DNA from: Chara braunii
Taxonomy: Eukaryota; Plantae; Charophyceae
Length of the DNA stretch: 64,000 nucleotides
Direction: 5' to 3'
Assembly (NCBI GenBank): GCA_003427395.1
Contig: BFEA01000024.1
Coordinates: forward strand, 2,586,421 to 2,650,420
The notes below the pieces were generated by a model, which saw nothing but the letters and a program-made list of their open reading frames with translations, was not told the origin of the DNA and searched no databases. Both the position numbers and the translations under genes were made by a program. Below are positions 42,181-52,064 of this stretch, one piece after another (the stretch's first letter is position 1; every line of letters starts with the position of its first letter).

Positions 42181-42817
42181 TATATATTTCTGTTTGTGAC
42201 GATATATATGTGACGATATATATATATATTCTCCCTCTCTGCCTACGGTTTACCGGGCAGTTCTATTTGACGATATATATATCATATATCGTCACAAACA
42301 GTATATATTTATATATTTCAAGGCCCCAATAAATATATATATATTTTTCCGGCGCCCATGACGATCTGTCTGATAAACAGTTACGGGTGCGTAGCATTCA
42401 ACCTCACGGAGTGGGTGACGCCAAACGTAGAGCGCCTATAGACAGTGAAAGGTGAAATTGAGAGAATAAACAAAAACAGCGTAAAGAGGCAGCGTTGTCT
42501 ACTTGTGGAGGGAGGAGGTGGAAGACGTGCCATTGGCGGCTTGTGTGTCACCTGCGTTCTGACCAATGGAGAATATCCATCCTCCTGTGCAAAGTCATTA
42601 CGGCCTTCTTCCTGAACGATCGACCAATCGGAGAGTGGGCTAAACGATCGACCCAACTGACGTACGTCTTCCTCCATCTTCTCTCGCTTGCTCCAAGAGC
42701 TCGTCTTCTGCCTTTCCCCTGTGCCCTCCTCTCTTTATTCCTCGTTCTCCTCTCTCGTTTGCTTCGCCTCTGGTACTCCCTTCTTTCAGTCCTTCCTCCA
42801 TCACTCTTCTTCTCTCT

Positions 42818-43387
42818 NNNNNNNNNNNNNNNNNNNNNNNNNNNNNNNNNNNNNNNNNNNNNNNNNNNNNNNNNNNNNNNNNNNNNNNNNNNNNNNNNNN
42901 NNNNNNNNNNNNNNNNNNNNNNNNNNNNNNNNNNNNNNNNNNNNNNNNNNNNNNNNNNNNNNNNNNNNNNNNNNNNNNNNNNNNNNNNNNNNNNNNNNNN
43001 NNNNNNNNNNNNNNNNNNNNNNNNNNNNNNNNNNNNNNNNNNNNNNNNNNNNNNNNNNNNNNNNNNNNNNNNNNNNNNNNNNNNNNNNNNNNNNNNNNNN
43101 NNNNNNNNNNNNNNNNNNNNNNNNNNNNNNNNNNNNNNNNNNNNNNNNNNNNNNNNNNNNNNNNNNNNNNNNNNNNNNNNNNNNNNNNNNNNNNNNNNNN
43201 NNNNNNNNNNNNNNNNNNNNNNNNNNNNNNNNNNNNNNNNNNNNNNNNNNNNNNNNNNNNNNNNNNNNNNNNNNNNNNNNNNNNNNNNNNNNNNNNNNNN
43301 NNNNNNNNNNNNNNNNNNNNNNNNNNNNNNNNNNNNNNNNNNNNNNNNNNNNNNNNNNNNNNNNNNNNNNNNNNNNNNNNNNNNNNN

Positions 43388-43474
<87 letters not shown>
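42818..43474. repeat. Assembly gap bordered by (CT)n microsatellite
   Basis: N run followed by a long (CT)n. Confidence 0.95.
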
Positions 43475-43478
<4 letters not shown>

Positions 43479-43734
43479 CTCTGGTAGTTTCTTCCCACCC
43501 GTCCCGCTGCAGTTCTCTGTCCGCATCCTGTTTTCCTGCCGCCCCCATCTACTCGTTTTGCATCATCATCACAGTAGCTGCCTTTGCGAGATCGTCTTCA
43601 ACGAGGTTCGAACTTTCGTCTAACGTATCAAGAAGTCGACGCGCGTTCTACTCTGGTGAAGGTAAACAACAAGAGGTTAGTATGAGAGAGATCGCTATCG
43701 CTCGCTCTGTAATTGCTACCTTTGTCAATGAAAT

Positions 43735-43776
<42 letters not shown>

Positions 43777-44152
43777 TGCACAGCAGGTCATCTCCACCGC
43801 CAATCGTTCTACATGTTGAAAATGAAAAGAAAGATGAGAAAAGACAAAAGAAAAATGAAAAAATTAAAAAAAAAAATGAAAATACAAAAATGAAAAGGAA
43901 AATAAGGGTCATCACCACCGCACAATTGCACTATTTCTGCGCAGTAGATGGTCATTGTTTAACGTCACGTTTTTCACTTTTCCGGGGGCTGGGGCAGTAA
44001 TTTAGGGGCGACGGGTATTTCACTGACTCTACTGATTTCATAGATCTTTATATGACAATATATCGTTAAAATCGTCAAACAGAGCTGCACGGTAAACCGT
44101 AGGGGCAGAGAGGGAGGGGGAGAAGAGGACAACAAACGAGGGGCTGTGACAA

Positions 44153-44204
44153 ACTGTTTCGTCGGAGTTTCACCGACTCATCAGGAGGCTGAACCCTCAA
44201 TAGA
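44153..44204 (-). ncRNA. Type III hammerhead ribozyme (family A), stem III damaged
   Basis: Reverse complement reads TCTA TT GAGG-GTTCAG-CCTC CTGATGA GTCGG-TGAAACT-CCGAC GAA ACAGT. Core and stems I and II are intact; the 5' strand of stem III is mismatched. Confidence 0.85.
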
Positions 44205-44224
44205 CGATATATATATATATTTGA

Positions 44225-44740
44225 TTGTATATCGCGCTCAACTTCATCAACGTGGCGAGCCTTGTACGTGAGAGGCGCAGTGGAGGGAGGAGTTACGAAG
44301 ACTGAGAAATTGAATGATTTCAATGTGTCTATGTTTTTTGTTTTTTATCCTTTGTTCTGTGTAAAAAAATTGTAAAACACTGAAAGAAGTAAGAAGAAGA
44401 CATTGTTTTCTGTCTTAGTGGTTTGTCTGTCTCTTTGCCTCTGTCCTGTCATTTTTTCTCTTCTTCGCTTGTTTTATTTCTTCTTCTACTTCTCAGTTGC
44501 TTGGTCGGAAAGTCTGGTGGTGCCGCAAGGCGGATCTGGGGAGAAGCCCCCTGAGGAGTGCCAGGAGCGCAGCCTGGCCGAAACGCGTCGGGGAAATTGC
44601 GCGTTTTTTCTGAGAACTGTACATGCGGAGAAGAAATATAAATCCGTTGGTGCGTGTACGAGAAGCAGTCTATGGCCACTGTTTTCACTATTCTTCTACT
44701 TCACGTGTTTGCACTCTTAGTCAATAGTTCTGTGACAATA
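44225..44740 (+). mobile_element. Penelope-like retroelement 3' fragment / pseudo-LTR
   Basis: Contains a type I hammerhead with a palindromic mini stem III and is bounded by (TA)n on both sides. Its 5' part (ALN/STWRALYVRG, paralogue PALNLSSTCLALYVRG at 52395-52445) resembles the tail of a GIY-YIG ORF (inference). Confidence 0.6.
44547..44593 (+). ncRNA. Type I hammerhead ribozyme, Penelope-type
   Basis: CCCC CTGAGGA G(T)GCCAGG-AGCGCAG-CCTGGCC GAAA CGC GTC GGGG. Core is CUGANGA/GAAA/GUC, stem I is CCCC:GGGG, stem II has 7 bp, and the palindromic ACGCGT forms stem III. Predicted cut after C44589. Confidence 0.9.
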
Positions 44741-44860
44741 TATATATATAGAACCGGCAGTCTGTAGAGTTTTCCATCTGGTGTGGGTGAGCGATAGTCT
44801 ACTTTGATTTTGGTTAAGGTGGATTATCACTTACAGTGTAATCAATGAGGGGATTCTACA

Positions 44861-44887
44861 GACTGTTGAGGGTTCAGCCTCCTGATG
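44861..44887 (+). ncRNA. 5' half of a type III hammerhead, cut by an N gap
   Basis: GACTGTTGAGGGTTCAGCCTCCTGATG is identical to 44908-44934. Either a tandem copy or a contig-end overlap. Confidence 0.6.
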
Positions 44888-44908
44888 NNNNNNNNNNNNN
44901 NNNNNNNG

Positions 44909-44960
44909 ACTGTTGAGGGTTCAGCCTCCTGATGAGTCGGTGAAACTCCGACGAAACAGT
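44909..44960 (+). ncRNA. Type III hammerhead ribozyme (family A), complete, GUU cleavage triplet
   Basis: ACTG TT GAGG-GTTCAG-CCTC CTGATGA GTCGG-TGAAACT-CCGAC GAA ACAGT; all three stems pair perfectly. Confidence 0.93.
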
Positions 44961-46713
44961 TTGTCACAGCCCCTCGTTTGTTGTCCTCTTCTCCCTCTCT
45001 GCCTACGGTTTACCGGGCAGTTCTATTTGACGATATATATATATATCGTCAATGTGCTATGGTGACTTGGCTTTGAAAGAGTGATGTGGAGTTGAGCATG
45101 GGAGGTGATAATCGTATCGATTCAATAAAGAATAAAAAAATCGTATCGGATCCTGTGCTAGCTGCGGCTGTGTGGCGCTTTCGGTTTCTCTCTCTCTCTC
45201 CCGCTCTCTCAGGGCGTACTCACACCAGGACCTTCCTGGGTGTATCTGACCGCAATTACAGCCGGACTTGAATGTGTCTGACCGTAGTTACGTCCTGATC
45301 TGAGTCAAAAGAGTCCATCTGTGGTGTCAGTATTTCAATGCCGTTGATTGATCCCGTGTGTTGGGGTTCTGATCCCATCTACCGCCCGACTTCGCGCTTT
45401 CGATGCGTCGGATGGAAGGATCGGGGAACTGTTCGGTAGAGGCTCGGCATAAACGGATTGGGCCTGGCTTTGCTTCGCCGAGGATGGCGACGGCAGCGGC
45501 CCTGGCTGCAGCGCGGATGATGATGGTAATCAGGTTCCCTTGTGGTCGTTGACGAGAAAGAGTATGGAAAACAGATCGATGTGGTGATGGATTTATGGTT
45601 ATGGGACGCTGGGCCCGGATTTTCTAGTAATATTCATTCTTAATTTCATTGAATATAATTTCATGAGAATCATGGATATTATGGATATTATATTCTGGAT
45701 ATTATGAGATATCTATATATATCTTGATATATCTAGATAGAGATATCCAGTATATATTTCTCTTTCTTGATTATCCCAGCACGTGTGGGGAAAAAAAAAA
45801 AGTTGGATGGAAAAGAAAAGAAAAAAAAAAGAAAGCATAAAGAAGGATTTATGGTCTGAATGGCGCACCGATGCCACGAGTCAGGGGAGGGATAGCAGCG
45901 GCGGGAAGGCGGGGAGGGGCGGGTTATAGGAGACGAAGGGGGGTCGGCGGTAAGAGATAGGAAATGAAAGGCGGGGGTGGGTAGAGGAGATAAAGGGGAT
46001 TTGGGGGGAGGGATACGAGATGAACGAAAAAGGGGGGGCTAGGACATGAAAGTGGGGGGGGCGGGGGGGGAGATAGGAGATGAAGCCGGGGTGGGCAAGG
46101 AGATTGGAAGAGGAGAAGAATGGGATGGAGGATGAGCACTGGCGGCGCGGCGAGGGGGAGGCAGGAAGAGAAGAGGAAAAAGAAAAAGGCACTGCAGTGA
46201 ATGCACCCTCTTTTACCTCCTTTTGCAACCCTTCTTTGGCCCCTTCTTTCATCATCCATTTTTTGTTTTCTTTCTGTTTTTGCTTCTTCTTATCCGTGAT
46301 GGAGACGAGTGTCAACGTCTGACTGGCAACTTTCTCTGCTGTCTTTACTCGAATAAAACGTACGTTCATTATCACTGCATCTAGTCTGATCGTTGCCACA
46401 GATACGGGCGTAACGACTCTACGTTCTATTCAGGGGAAGGCGGTCGTTTTTTCAGTACTCTTCCCTCTGCTGCACCAGAAGTGTTTGCCTCTCCATAGCA
46501 TATAAAGGCGGGTCGGCAAGTGTTGTAGGCTTGTCCCCCCTCCCCCCCACACGAAACAAGAAAGGGGTATAGGGTTTGTGTTTGCCAATGCCTTAGTGCC
46601 GCGAGGGAGTAACCCTTGTCTCTTCTCCGCCAGCTGCTCCACCCTCCAAGATCCCCTCCCTTCCCCCGATGCCTGATCGCGCCCTGCCTTTTCCCGTTGT
46701 TTTTTTTCTAATC

Positions 46714-46921
46714 GTGCTCGATAGGGAAGTGTGTTTGATTTAATTATTTTCGGTAATTAGCTGGATAATCAAGTTGGAAAAACTAAAATAAAAAAAAGAG
46801 ACAAAAAGGAATCGGCGTGCTCGATAGGGAAGTGTGTTTGATTTAATTATTTTCGGTAAGTAGCTGGATAATCAAGTTGGAAAACGAAAAAATAAAAAAA
46901 AGAGACGGAAAAGGAATCGGC
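46714..46921. repeat. Tandem duplication, 2 x about 102 bp
   Basis: CGTGCTCGATAGGGAAGTGTGTTTG...AAAGGAATCGGC occurs twice. Confidence 0.9.
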
Positions 46922-47096
46922 GAATTCTTGGAGTCTTCCGTCCGCCGAGTATACGGGCGTTGACGGAGGCTTCTAGGCCCCATCTGCATCAGGACGAGAA
47001 TCAGTCAGTGATCTTTCTTTCTTTTTTTTTTAAATCATGTTTAATTCTCTTTTTATTCATTTTTAAAATAGCTTTCTAGTTCTTCAAAACATTATT

Positions 47097-47162
47097 ATCC
47101 TTGTTTCTCTCTGAGAGAATATAATATAGATCCTTGTTTCTCTCTGAGAGAATATAATATAG
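47097..47162. repeat. Tandem duplication, 2 x about 33 bp
   Basis: ATCCTTGTTTCTCTCTGAGAGAATATAATATAG occurs twice. Confidence 0.9.
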
Positions 47163-47729
47163 CAAGACTGTTTGCAGTCGGTTCGAGCTCTTTTAAACGT
47201 GCGGACAGCTAACTGCGCAAGGTAAGAGTGTCATCTCGGACACTCATCAAGCATTCAATCAATTAATCGATCAGCTCCCCCCAAAAAAAACAAAAAGCAA
47301 TCAGTCAGGTGACGACACGTCATTTGCTGTCGCCTACTTGGGTGCTCATCACTCGGTCTGGAACCATTACTGCTCAGGCTAGGGGACTTGTTGGACTGAT
47401 TTGCGGACGTAATTGGAGCCAGTTACATCGGGGATGGGCCGTAATTGCAGTAAGATACATGGAGGGAAAGTGGACTGAATTTGGCCAACACAACTGCACG
47501 GGTGTGTTGCGTGCCACGCGGCGCGTGATCCACCCAAATTCGGCCGGCGGGCAGTGCGAAGCGGCGGTTAGATCGACGGAATTTGGTCGTATTCGCGGTT
47601 AGTACATCCATACCTTGCGGAAAGTACAAGTGTGAGTGAGTATATGGTCCCCCTCGCTCACTCGTTCGGTCACTCACTCGCTCACCAGACAATCGCCGGA
47701 TGAAGCAATCCTTTATTATCACTAATTCA

Positions 47730-47932
47730 TTATAATTAGGGGTAACTTCGGCGCAGTCACGAAAACAGTTTGTAATTGCACTTCCGGCAATCCCGCGAAT
47801 ACAACACACCCCCACGCGACCCCACCGGACCCGAAACGTAGGTCATATACATTCAGCATTACCGGCCCTTTTGCCTCAAGTGCAATTACAAACTCAATCC
47901 CTGACTGCGCCGTAGTTTTCTCTTATAATTAA
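47730..47932. mobile_element. Probable old MITE with imperfect TIRs of about 57 bp
   Basis: AACTTCGGCGCAGTCA...GTTTGTAATTGCACTT..GGCAA is inverted against TTGCC..AAGTGCAATTACAAAC...TGACTGCGCCGTAGTT, with TTATAATTA at both ends. Confidence 0.6.
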
Positions 47933-48598
47933 CTGTTATGTAACCGTATAGTAACCAGTTAATACAGTATTTATGTGGTAAATGAATCAGTGAATGAATT
48001 GAACAAGATAAGTTCACCAGCAATCAATCAATCAATCAATCAACCAGTCAGACTCTAATCTAATCATTGGACGACTGCAAAACTAGCAAGAAGTCTGATC
48101 AGCCGTCGATTGGACTAATTAAGCCGTCAGTGGCATTCACGCGGTACATGATTGCATCAATCGAGGGGGGAGCAGACAAGTGAATTTTGGTGAAATTCCT
48201 GAACGAAATACACACAGTAAATTTTTTGTTGATGAATGAATTTGTCGATCAAACGGAAGGAAAATCAATTGACTGCCAAATGCGCCCTCGCCATCTCATG
48301 CCAGAGTCATCCCGTTTCATTCTCTTTTTTTTTTCCCTATATATATATTTTTTATAACGGAAATCACTTGATCTGGGTTGGTAGGGGGGGCGGGGGGAGA
48401 CCTTTGCCTACGAAAAGAGAAGTTGTCTTTCCGCCGTCTCGTTAATACTTCATGACTCTGAGATTGTTTGCCAGACTTAAAATCAGATTGTCCAACGAGT
48501 AATCAATTAGAAAAAAACTAGTTGGTTCAAAAAAAAAAAGAATTAGTCAGTTAATTATCACAAGAGATAAATTATTTGCCAAGCACTTAATACTCTAC

Positions 48599-48663
<65 letters not shown>

Positions 48664-48786
48664 TCAAATTTATGAGTATGTGAGAAAAAATCGTTAGAGC
48701 GGGAGAGGAAAACAGTCGGTTGTTCGCTTTTAGCAGCGGGCAACATCCTAACGCACTATTTCCAAGCTCATTGCTTGATCGATTGG

Positions 48787-48822
<36 letters not shown>

Positions 48823-49054
48823 TTGATTGATTGACATTCCTGGAAGTTCATCATGCGATCAAGATGGGGTACACAAATACAAATGTTGCTGTTGACTGAG
48901 GAGTCGATGAGATCAAACCGGTACATAAACAGAGATGCATCCGTTGATTGATATGGATTGAGTCCTGAGTTCGGATCATTCGCGAATCTTTAAAGATAAT
49001 ATACTATCATGTTATATTAATGGGTCGCTCCCTCCCTTTCTTTTCCTTTGCGTT

Positions 49055-49475
49055 TGTGTGTGTGTGTATGTAGATGTGTGACTGTGTAAATTTGTCACTG
49101 TGTGCGCAAGTGTGTGTAAGTGTGTAAGCATGTAAGTACGTGTACGAGTAAGTATGTGTGCGTAAGTGTGTTGTCATTTTTCGCTATACACAGCTCCGCA
49201 AACAAAAAACACGTGTGTGCAACTGCGTGTATGTGTGTATGTGTGTGTATGTGTGTGTATGTGTGTGTGTAAGTGTGTGTGTTTGTGTGTGTGTGAGTAA
49301 GCATGTACGTGTGTAAGTGTCCAAAAGTGTTAAGTGTGTAAGTGTGTAAGTGATAAGTGTGTAAGTGTGTGTGTAAGTGATAAGTGTGTAAGTGTGTAAG
49401 TGTGTAAGTGTGTAAGTGATAAGTGTGTAAGTGCGCAAGTGTGTGTGTGTGTGTGTGTTTGTGTGTGCGTCTGTG
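49055..49475. repeat. Compound (GT)n / (GTGTAAGT)n simple repeat
   Basis: Direct reading. Confidence 0.9.
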
Positions 49476-50175
49476 TTGTACAATCAAACGCCAATCAACG
49501 GTTACGTATTTGTGTCGTGGAGCATATTTTGTCGAAAATTCATCGGAGACATTCTAGGTAAGGGGGAAAACGGAGAAAAAGAGGGAGAAAAGGCAGTCTA
49601 AATCGCTACCGTCCTGCTCAATTCGCGGAACACGGAGGAAAAGGTGCGGAACGTCGTAAGAACGGCTCGGAACAGAAATGGCGCGGATGAGGAAAACGCC
49701 GCGGCGCGAAACAGGAAAACGGTAATCTTCTCGTGGATTATGTGTCCGACGATTGGTGGTAAACTTTTTGGCGGCAGGATGATAAAGATCACGGCGACGT
49801 CAGCCACTTACACACGCCTACGCAATCCTCTGTCCTCCGCAATCACACGATTGCTGATGCCACCTCATCAGGATTGTCGTCGTGAGTACAATCATAGTCA
49901 TCATCATCATCATCGTCATCATTGTAATCATCATCAACCGCCTTGTAAGCATCGTTGTTATGATGATGATGATCATTTCTCGTCTACAAGCGTTAATTAG
50001 CGATGGACGCACGTCACGCAGAGTTTTCTTGTTTTTGTTTCCTTCCCCCCCCCTCCCCCCCCCCGCCCTCTTCTTCTTCCCCTCTCCCTTGGGTTTTTTG
50101 TCAAAGGAAGTCTGGTAGGGACTACAATCGATCCCGATTGCAGATTTTGGCCGAGCGCACATTTGATCGACCTAA

Positions 50176-50323
50176 GGGCCTCGCTCCACTGCACAACATT
50201 CTAACTAATTGTATCTAGATCTGCTGATGATCTCACATATTCGCAATGTCGGCTCCATCCGAATGTATTCCGGCCATTTTCTGCCCAGATTCATTCAGAA
50301 TGTTGTGTGGTGGAGCGAGGCCC
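50176..50323. mobile_element. PIF/Harbinger (Tourist-like) MITE, 148 bp
   Basis: 27-bp TIRs GGGCCTCGCTCCAC(TG/CA)CACAACATTCT with 2 mismatches; flanks are TAA and TGA. Confidence 0.8.
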
Positions 50324-50669
50324 TGAACCCGTCATCATCCTTCGTCGTATATGAACATGACAAGTTCCTTTTCTCCCTGTTTTTATAAAACTAAGCTAGA
50401 TTGTTCTCTCAGTTCAACCTTACACTACCTACCTACCACTACTACTAATTATAGTATTAGGAGGAAACCCATAGCAGCCAGCACGAGTTCACAATGCCTC
50501 AAACGAGGGAACATGCGGGGACTGCGCCTGACCATTACAAATCTACATACGTATATATATCTCTCCTCCTCCCAGTCCCCCTTCCTCTCGACGTCGTGTT
50601 GATGCTAATCTGCGGGGTTCTTTGTCTTACTGACAGCCTGCTCTGCCACGTCGACGGCATTCGTCATTC

Positions 50670-51579
50670 ATGCGCCGACCCCACCAGATCAGACCTGGCT
50701 TTCCAGTGGTGACCGATTTGGATCTGCGGGCAGATCTACCAAATGCTTGTGGCTTGACAGCCACAAATGTCTGCCTACAGGCTTATCAGCGTCAATGTTA
50801 TACTGCATCCCATTTTGTTACGATTGCTTATCAGCTTGACGCTGTTGAAAATCAGTTTTTGTACGACCATAATGGTCCACCTCCTGAAGGTAGTAATTAT
50901 ACCACCTCAGGAGGCTTTACTGTAAAAATGTGTAACAGTTAGCGTTCCACGGTCGCCACTTCTTATGTATCATGTGACGCGAGGCGATGACCTTAATGAC
51001 CATCCTCATATTTCTGACTGCATTTTGCACAGACCCGGACATTATATGGCACTCATTCGTGCAGCTGCCTAGTGGGAACTGTGGGATGGTGGGACGGTGA
51101 TTCAGGCTATTTTTAACATACATGAATTTCTGTGTGCATTGCGGAATCATACTTTATTCTGGATTATTGACCGACTCTCGTGTGACACCTGTCGGGACAG
51201 GGACGCGGTGTGTCTTGGCTGCGGAATTCATCACCTATGCCATCGACATTATCAATCTATTGTAGCCGCTTCCGTCTGTGCCGAACGGTGTCCAACATTT
51301 CCTCATTGTACACATCCCTATCACCCAGATATTTGTTGTCCCTTTTGTGTGCAAGGACACTATCAGGACTGCATGATGCCGCACTGTGATAAACGTCCTG
51401 CTGCTTTTTTGACATGTGGACAGCATGTTCTTTGTCAGGACTGTTTTGATGGGATGGTACGTGCTAGCCGTCCTACTGAATGCTGTGCTGACGCAGTTCT
51501 CCTTGGGTATCCTTGTGAACATCCACGTCATCCTCAGCGTGCTTGTCCTATCTGCCGGGGTGGGGGCTCCTCTTCCTGA
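50670..51579 (+). pseudogene. Josephin (ataxin-3-like) deubiquitinase domain fused to two tandem RING-like zinc fingers; one frameshift and one stop
   Basis: CGLTATNVCLQ..IAYQLDAVE..SNYTTSGGFTV matches ataxin-3 CAQHCLNNLLQ..IAHQLDEEE..GNMDDSGFFSI. After a +1 shift at the A5 run (50924-50928) the frame reads ILHRPGHYMALIRAAA*WELWDG..EFLCALRNHTLFWI, and continues into CDTC..CGIHHLC..CPFC and C..C..CGQHVLCQDC..CPICR. Confidence 0.82.
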
Positions 51580-51617
51580 CTGGTCAATAGAATCGAGCAG
51601 GTCAGGAGCAACACTAA

Positions 51618-52064
51618 GGGCGTCGTTAGACACTCCTCGCGAGGAGTGGACGTGAGTCCAAGGATTTCATCTTTGTTCCATGTGTCCTCGGAGATGAAAT
51701 CGGAAATGAAAATGTGAAAACACTCCGAGGACAAATCCTTGGGCTCCGAGGATGTCCCAGCCAAATCATCCTCGGCTCCAAAGGACCTCGCGAGGTCCTT
51801 TGGGGCCTGAGGATCCGTGTTTCACGGAGAGGAGAGGGCATGCACGTAGAGAGACGTTACAACCGAGAATTCTGATCGTGGCGGCACCATATTATCTGAA
51901 AGCCTGAAGCACTTCTCCTTTTATTTTTCTGACATTGCTCCGAGGATGAGTCCTAAAACCGATGCTTCGAGGATGAGTGTAATGAAGACGACAAAAAACC
52001 TAAACTTTTCCGAGGATTCATCCTCGGAGCCCGAGGATGCCTGAAGGAGTGTCTAACGACGCCC
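51618..52064. mobile_element. PIF/Harbinger MITE, 447 bp, with internal CCGAGGA/TCCTCGG repeats
   Basis: Perfect 20-bp TIRs GGGCGTCGTTAGACACTCCT and a TAA target-site duplication on both sides. Confidence 0.92.

Noticed and set aside
42495-43623. Long ORFs (240-330 aa) in the ORF track
   Set aside because: Artefacts of the N gap and (CT)n; the same applies to ORFs over (CA)n/(GT)n at 38.2-38.8, 49.1-49.5 and 62.2-63.3 kb.
51020-51100. 'GHY...W..WD' read at first as a USP (peptidase C19) His box
   Set aside because: The upstream Cys motif, IAxQLDxxE and the short Cys-His distance (about 97 aa) fit Josephin much better.
51806-51832. CTGAGGA followed by a hairpin (TCCGTG-TTT-CACGGA)
   Set aside because: No GAAA or closing G-C pair; it is part of the MITE's internal CCGAGGA repeats.
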